A program made the position numbers and the translations under genes. 64,000 nucleotides of DNA from Pyrinomonadaceae bacterium (GTDB lineage: Bacteria; Acidobacteriota; Blastocatellia; Pyrinomonadales; Pyrinomonadaceae): contig JBGTBQ010000014.1 in NCBI GenBank assembly GCA_041749275.1, forward strand, positions 1,751 through 65,750, given 5' to 3'. Positions 62,301 to 64,000 of this stretch are shown piece by piece (position 1 is the stretch's first letter; each line of letters opens with the position of its first letter). The notes beneath the pieces were generated by a model that was not told where the DNA came from, ran no database searches, and was given only the letters and a program-made list of their open reading frames with translations.

Positions 62301-62767
62301 ACGGCGGCTTCGTCAACGTCTACGCGATTGACGTGCTTGCGCGGCGCAGCTACCTGCGGATGACGCCGCGCGGCCTTACCGCCTCGCCGGCGCGCACCGT
62401 GCTCGGTCAGCGCGCTCTGGAACTCCCCACGGTGCTCGTTACCGACCGGCACACGCTCTCGGACGGCGAGGATTTTTCCGAAGGCTATCGCGCGCTCGGC
62501 CTCGGCAAAGTGGTGGGCGAGCCGACCGCCGGTTGGATCATCTACACCACGAATCAGCCGCTCATGGATGGCACGGTCTTTCGTCTCCCCTTCATCAAAA
62601 TCGAGACGAGCGCGGGCGTCAACATGGAGCGCAATCCGCGCCCCGTTGACATCACGGTCATCCGACCTATCGGCGAGAGCTACACCGACCGCGACGCGCA
62701 ACTCGATGCCGCGGTGCGTGAACTTCTCAAACAGACGGGAGAGCGCGGCGTGAGCGGCAGCAAATAA
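59336..62767 (+). CDS. Tricorn-protease-like protein (TolB-type beta-propellers + PDZ + S41 peptidase)
   Basis: Signal peptide. Repeated SPDG..(L/I)AF propeller strings (YSPDGRRLAFIS, FSPDGKLLAFE, WSPDGKWIAY, WSPDGSYILF), a P/T-rich linker, and a PDZ and S41-like C-terminus (VVDVRHNDGGF, LSDGEDF). GGAGGA upstream. Confidence 0.85.
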   Translation: MNKLKRAIGHACVVALLLNTTMMPTLAQSPETSKTQPTSRPYFYEPSISPDRAEIAFVSGGDIWSVPAAGGDARLLVSHPATEYRPLYSPDGRRLAFISARTGNGDVYLLTLDSGELKRLTFDDGYDQLDAWSRDGRWLYFTSTARDISASNDIYRVGVEGGTPMQVSADRYTNEFMSAPSPDGADMVFVGRGYLQWWRNGHSHMDESELWLMRGHATGGYERLTEGGAEEAWPMWGAREGELFYVSDRSGAENIWTLAPKGKARQVTKFTGGRVLWPSISYDGRVIVFERGFGIWSLDTESGQAREISIRRRGAAASPGIERVRQSDQFQDLALSPDGKKVAFIARGEVFAASATDGGDAVRVTNTPGIESRVTWTPDSRKLAYVSERNGSGQIFLYDFGTGAETQLTNGGDGDSTPRFSPDGKLLAFERAGRELRVLELESKKERVVATGSLERPPLDSDRSFVWSPDGKWIAYMPVGNKLFRNVHVAAVEGEGKSQPISFLANVGSNTLSWSPDGSYILFDTGQRTESNQLARIDLLPRTPRFREDQFRELFKEETPRTVTPSLRRQEVQQPAPASPVPTPTPALTATPTPAPATTETPATVQSPTPTPSTTTATGKSGSADEQKKSSKPVEIVFDDIRRRLSMLPVGVDVFFHTISPDGKYVLMIAGAVNQTNLYLYPLDELSREPVVARQLTSTATFKSFAQFTPDSREVFYLEGGRIQIASLDQRQPPRPLAVIAEMDVDFAREKLEVFDQGWEYMRDNFYDPAYHGVNWQASRGEFLPYIAGAQTPDEMRRLMRLMVGELNASHLGVSAPFNSVQTTTGRLGLSFERAEYERAGRLRVSEVVPLGPGALARDTTAPERTRAIKIGEYLLAIDGRQLDARTNLDELLNFKINRRVTLTIAATPDGANKQDVEVRPVNVGTEKGLRYRKWVDEKRAYVARASGGRLGYVHMYDMSSASLSQLFVDLDAENQSREGVVVDVRHNDGGFVNVYAIDVLARRSYLRMTPRGLTASPARTVLGQRALELPTVLVTDRHTLSDGEDFSEGYRALGLGKVVGEPTAGWIIYTTNQPLMDGTVFRLPFIKIETSAGVNMERNPRPVDITVIRPIGESYTDRDAQLDAAVRELLKQTGERGVSGSK

Positions 62768-62796
62768 GCAGGAGTGCTTCGTGCGTGTTTCCGCAT

Positions 62797-63825
62797 TCAA
62801 AGCCAGCCGGAGCGTTTGAAGAGCAGATAAAGTAGACCTGACAGACCGAACGTGACAAACAGCACTACCGGATAACCGTAATCCCACTGCAACTCCGGCA
62901 TGGACTTGAAGTTCATGCCGTAAATCCCCGCGACCATGGTCGGGACGGCGATGATCGCGGCCCACCCCGCGAACCTCTTCGATACCTCGCTTTGCGAAAT
63001 GGAGATGAGCGAGAAGTTGGCATCAAGCGCAGTGGTCAGCAGTTCGCGCGCGGTGTCCAGCATCTCGTTGAGGCGGATCACGTGGTCGTACACGTCGCGG
63101 AAGTAGGGGCGCGTGTCCTCTGGAATTACGTCGAGGTCGAAACGCACGAGACGGTTGCAGATGTCTATCAGCGGCGAGATGGCGCGTTTGACTTCGAGCA
63201 GTTGGCGCTTGAGTTCATAAATCTGCGCTGTCGTCTCGCGGGTGGATTTCTCGCCGAAGATTTTCTCTTCGAGCGCTTCGAGTTCCAGTCCAAGTGCGTC
63301 TATGACCGGAAAATACTGATCCACGATTGAATCCATCACCGCATAGAGAGCGAACCCCGGCCCTTTCCGCAGCAGTTGTGGCGTGCTCTCACAACGCGCG
63401 CGCACGTCGGAATAGGCGAGCGACGAGCCGTGGCGGACGGAGACGATAAAATTTTTGCCGACGAAAAAGTGTGTCTCGCCAAAAACGATCCGGCGTTGTT
63501 CCGCATTCATCCATGCGGTGCGGAGCACGATGAAGAGCGAGTCGCCGTAGGTTTCGAGTTTGGGGCGTTGGTGTGCGCGGTGCGCGTCTTCGATGGCTAG
63601 GTCGTGCAGGCCAAACTCTTGCTGCACCTGTCGCAGCAACTCCGCGCTGGGAGCATGGAGGCCAATCCAGACGAACCTGCCGGGCTGTTCGAGGACGCGG
63701 CTGAGTTCGCCAATCTCCACGCTCGTGACACGACGGCCTTCATCGTAGGCCACACAGTTGACGACCGCGCTCTTGCCCGGAACCACCGTCCAGTGTGGAT
63801 CGCTATGAGAGTCGAAATCGTTCAA
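62797..63825 (-). CDS. corA: Magnesium/cobalt transporter CorA
   Basis: 342 aa with the YGMNF motif and two C-terminal TM helices. Confidence 0.9.
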   Translation of the reverse strand: MNDFDSHSDPHWTVVPGKSAVVNCVAYDEGRRVTSVEIGELSRVLEQPGRFVWIGLHAPSAELLRQVQQEFGLHDLAIEDAHRAHQRPKLETYGDSLFIVLRTAWMNAEQRRIVFGETHFFVGKNFIVSVRHGSSLAYSDVRARCESTPQLLRKGPGFALYAVMDSIVDQYFPVIDALGLELEALEEKIFGEKSTRETTAQIYELKRQLLEVKRAISPLIDICNRLVRFDLDVIPEDTRPYFRDVYDHVIRLNEMLDTARELLTTALDANFSLISISQSEVSKRFAGWAAIIAVPTMVAGIYGMNFKSMPELQWDYGYPVVLFVTFGLSGLLYLLFKRSGWL

Positions 63826-63871
63826 GGTTCACCTTGTGACAGTCGAAATGGCGCCGTGCATGTTAGCACGC

Positions 63872-64000
63872 TCAACGCGGTCTCTCCGCGCCAAATAAAT
63901 CGCTGACCGCCCGTTCACCACTGAGCACACAATCTGGAATGCCCGCGCCGCGGTAGGCGTTTCCGGCAAGCCGAAGCGTGGGGAAGTCTCGGAGTCGCGC
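63872..64000 (-). CDS. C-terminal fragment of an FAD-dependent protoporphyrinogen-oxidase-like protein (gene starts beyond the window)
   Basis: Reverse translation gives ARLRDFPTLRLAGNAYRGAGIPDCVLSGERAVSDLFGAERPR*. The GNAY.G.GIPDC..SG string resembles HemY-type oxidase C-termini (from memory). Confidence 0.4.
   Translation of the reverse strand, partial: ARLRDFPTLRLAGNAYRGAGIPDCVLSGERAVSDLFGAERPR

Noticed and set aside
1-64000. Prophage, integrative element or genomic island
   Set aside because: There are no integrase, transposase, recombinase, phage structural or conjugation genes, and no tRNA attachment site. Gene content is dominated by conserved housekeeping functions. By eye, base composition is uniform apart from short AT-richer promoter regions.

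Overview
GC-rich (about 60%) chromosomal segment from a Gram-negative bacterium. LPS transport and Mla lipid-transport genes are present. Gene content and order are reminiscent of Acidobacteriota, but that cannot be confirmed without a database search. The window is mostly core housekeeping: ppk1, ftsY, ribD, rsmA/ksgA, RNase J, uppP, recJ, an lptB-rpoN-hpf-hprK-rapZ-EIIA(Man)-ptsH-ptsI block, mlaFED, RNase P RNA and corA. I see no tRNA, rRNA, CRISPR array, transposase, integrase or prophage genes. The points most worth a second look are: (1) a polyphosphate-centred neighbourhood: ppk1, an exported protein with a full protein-kinase-like motif set, a DUF4956 membrane protein, and an exported Siw14/PFA-DSP-type phosphatase. 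(2) A recurring class of intergenic hairpins whose arms are tandem heptanucleotide repeats. They sit directly against stop codons, and one forms a 260-bp nested palindrome that fills the whole ribD-rsmA spacer. (3) A hairpin-rich MITE-like repeat present twice; one copy supplies the stop codon of an MFS gene. (4) A secreted TPR-CAP-TPR-CHAT protein. (5) Tandem membrane-tethered zinc-ribbon paralogues with a conserved tail. (6) An 811-aa LptC/LptA-like protein. (7) A surface-protein operon ending in a CPBP homologue that lacks the catalytic EE..R motif. Many long ORFs in the track are antisense artefacts of the GC-rich composition and were rejected. CDS coordinates follow the ORF track; revised starts were derived by codon counting. 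Coordinates of non-coding features may be off by 1-2 nt.
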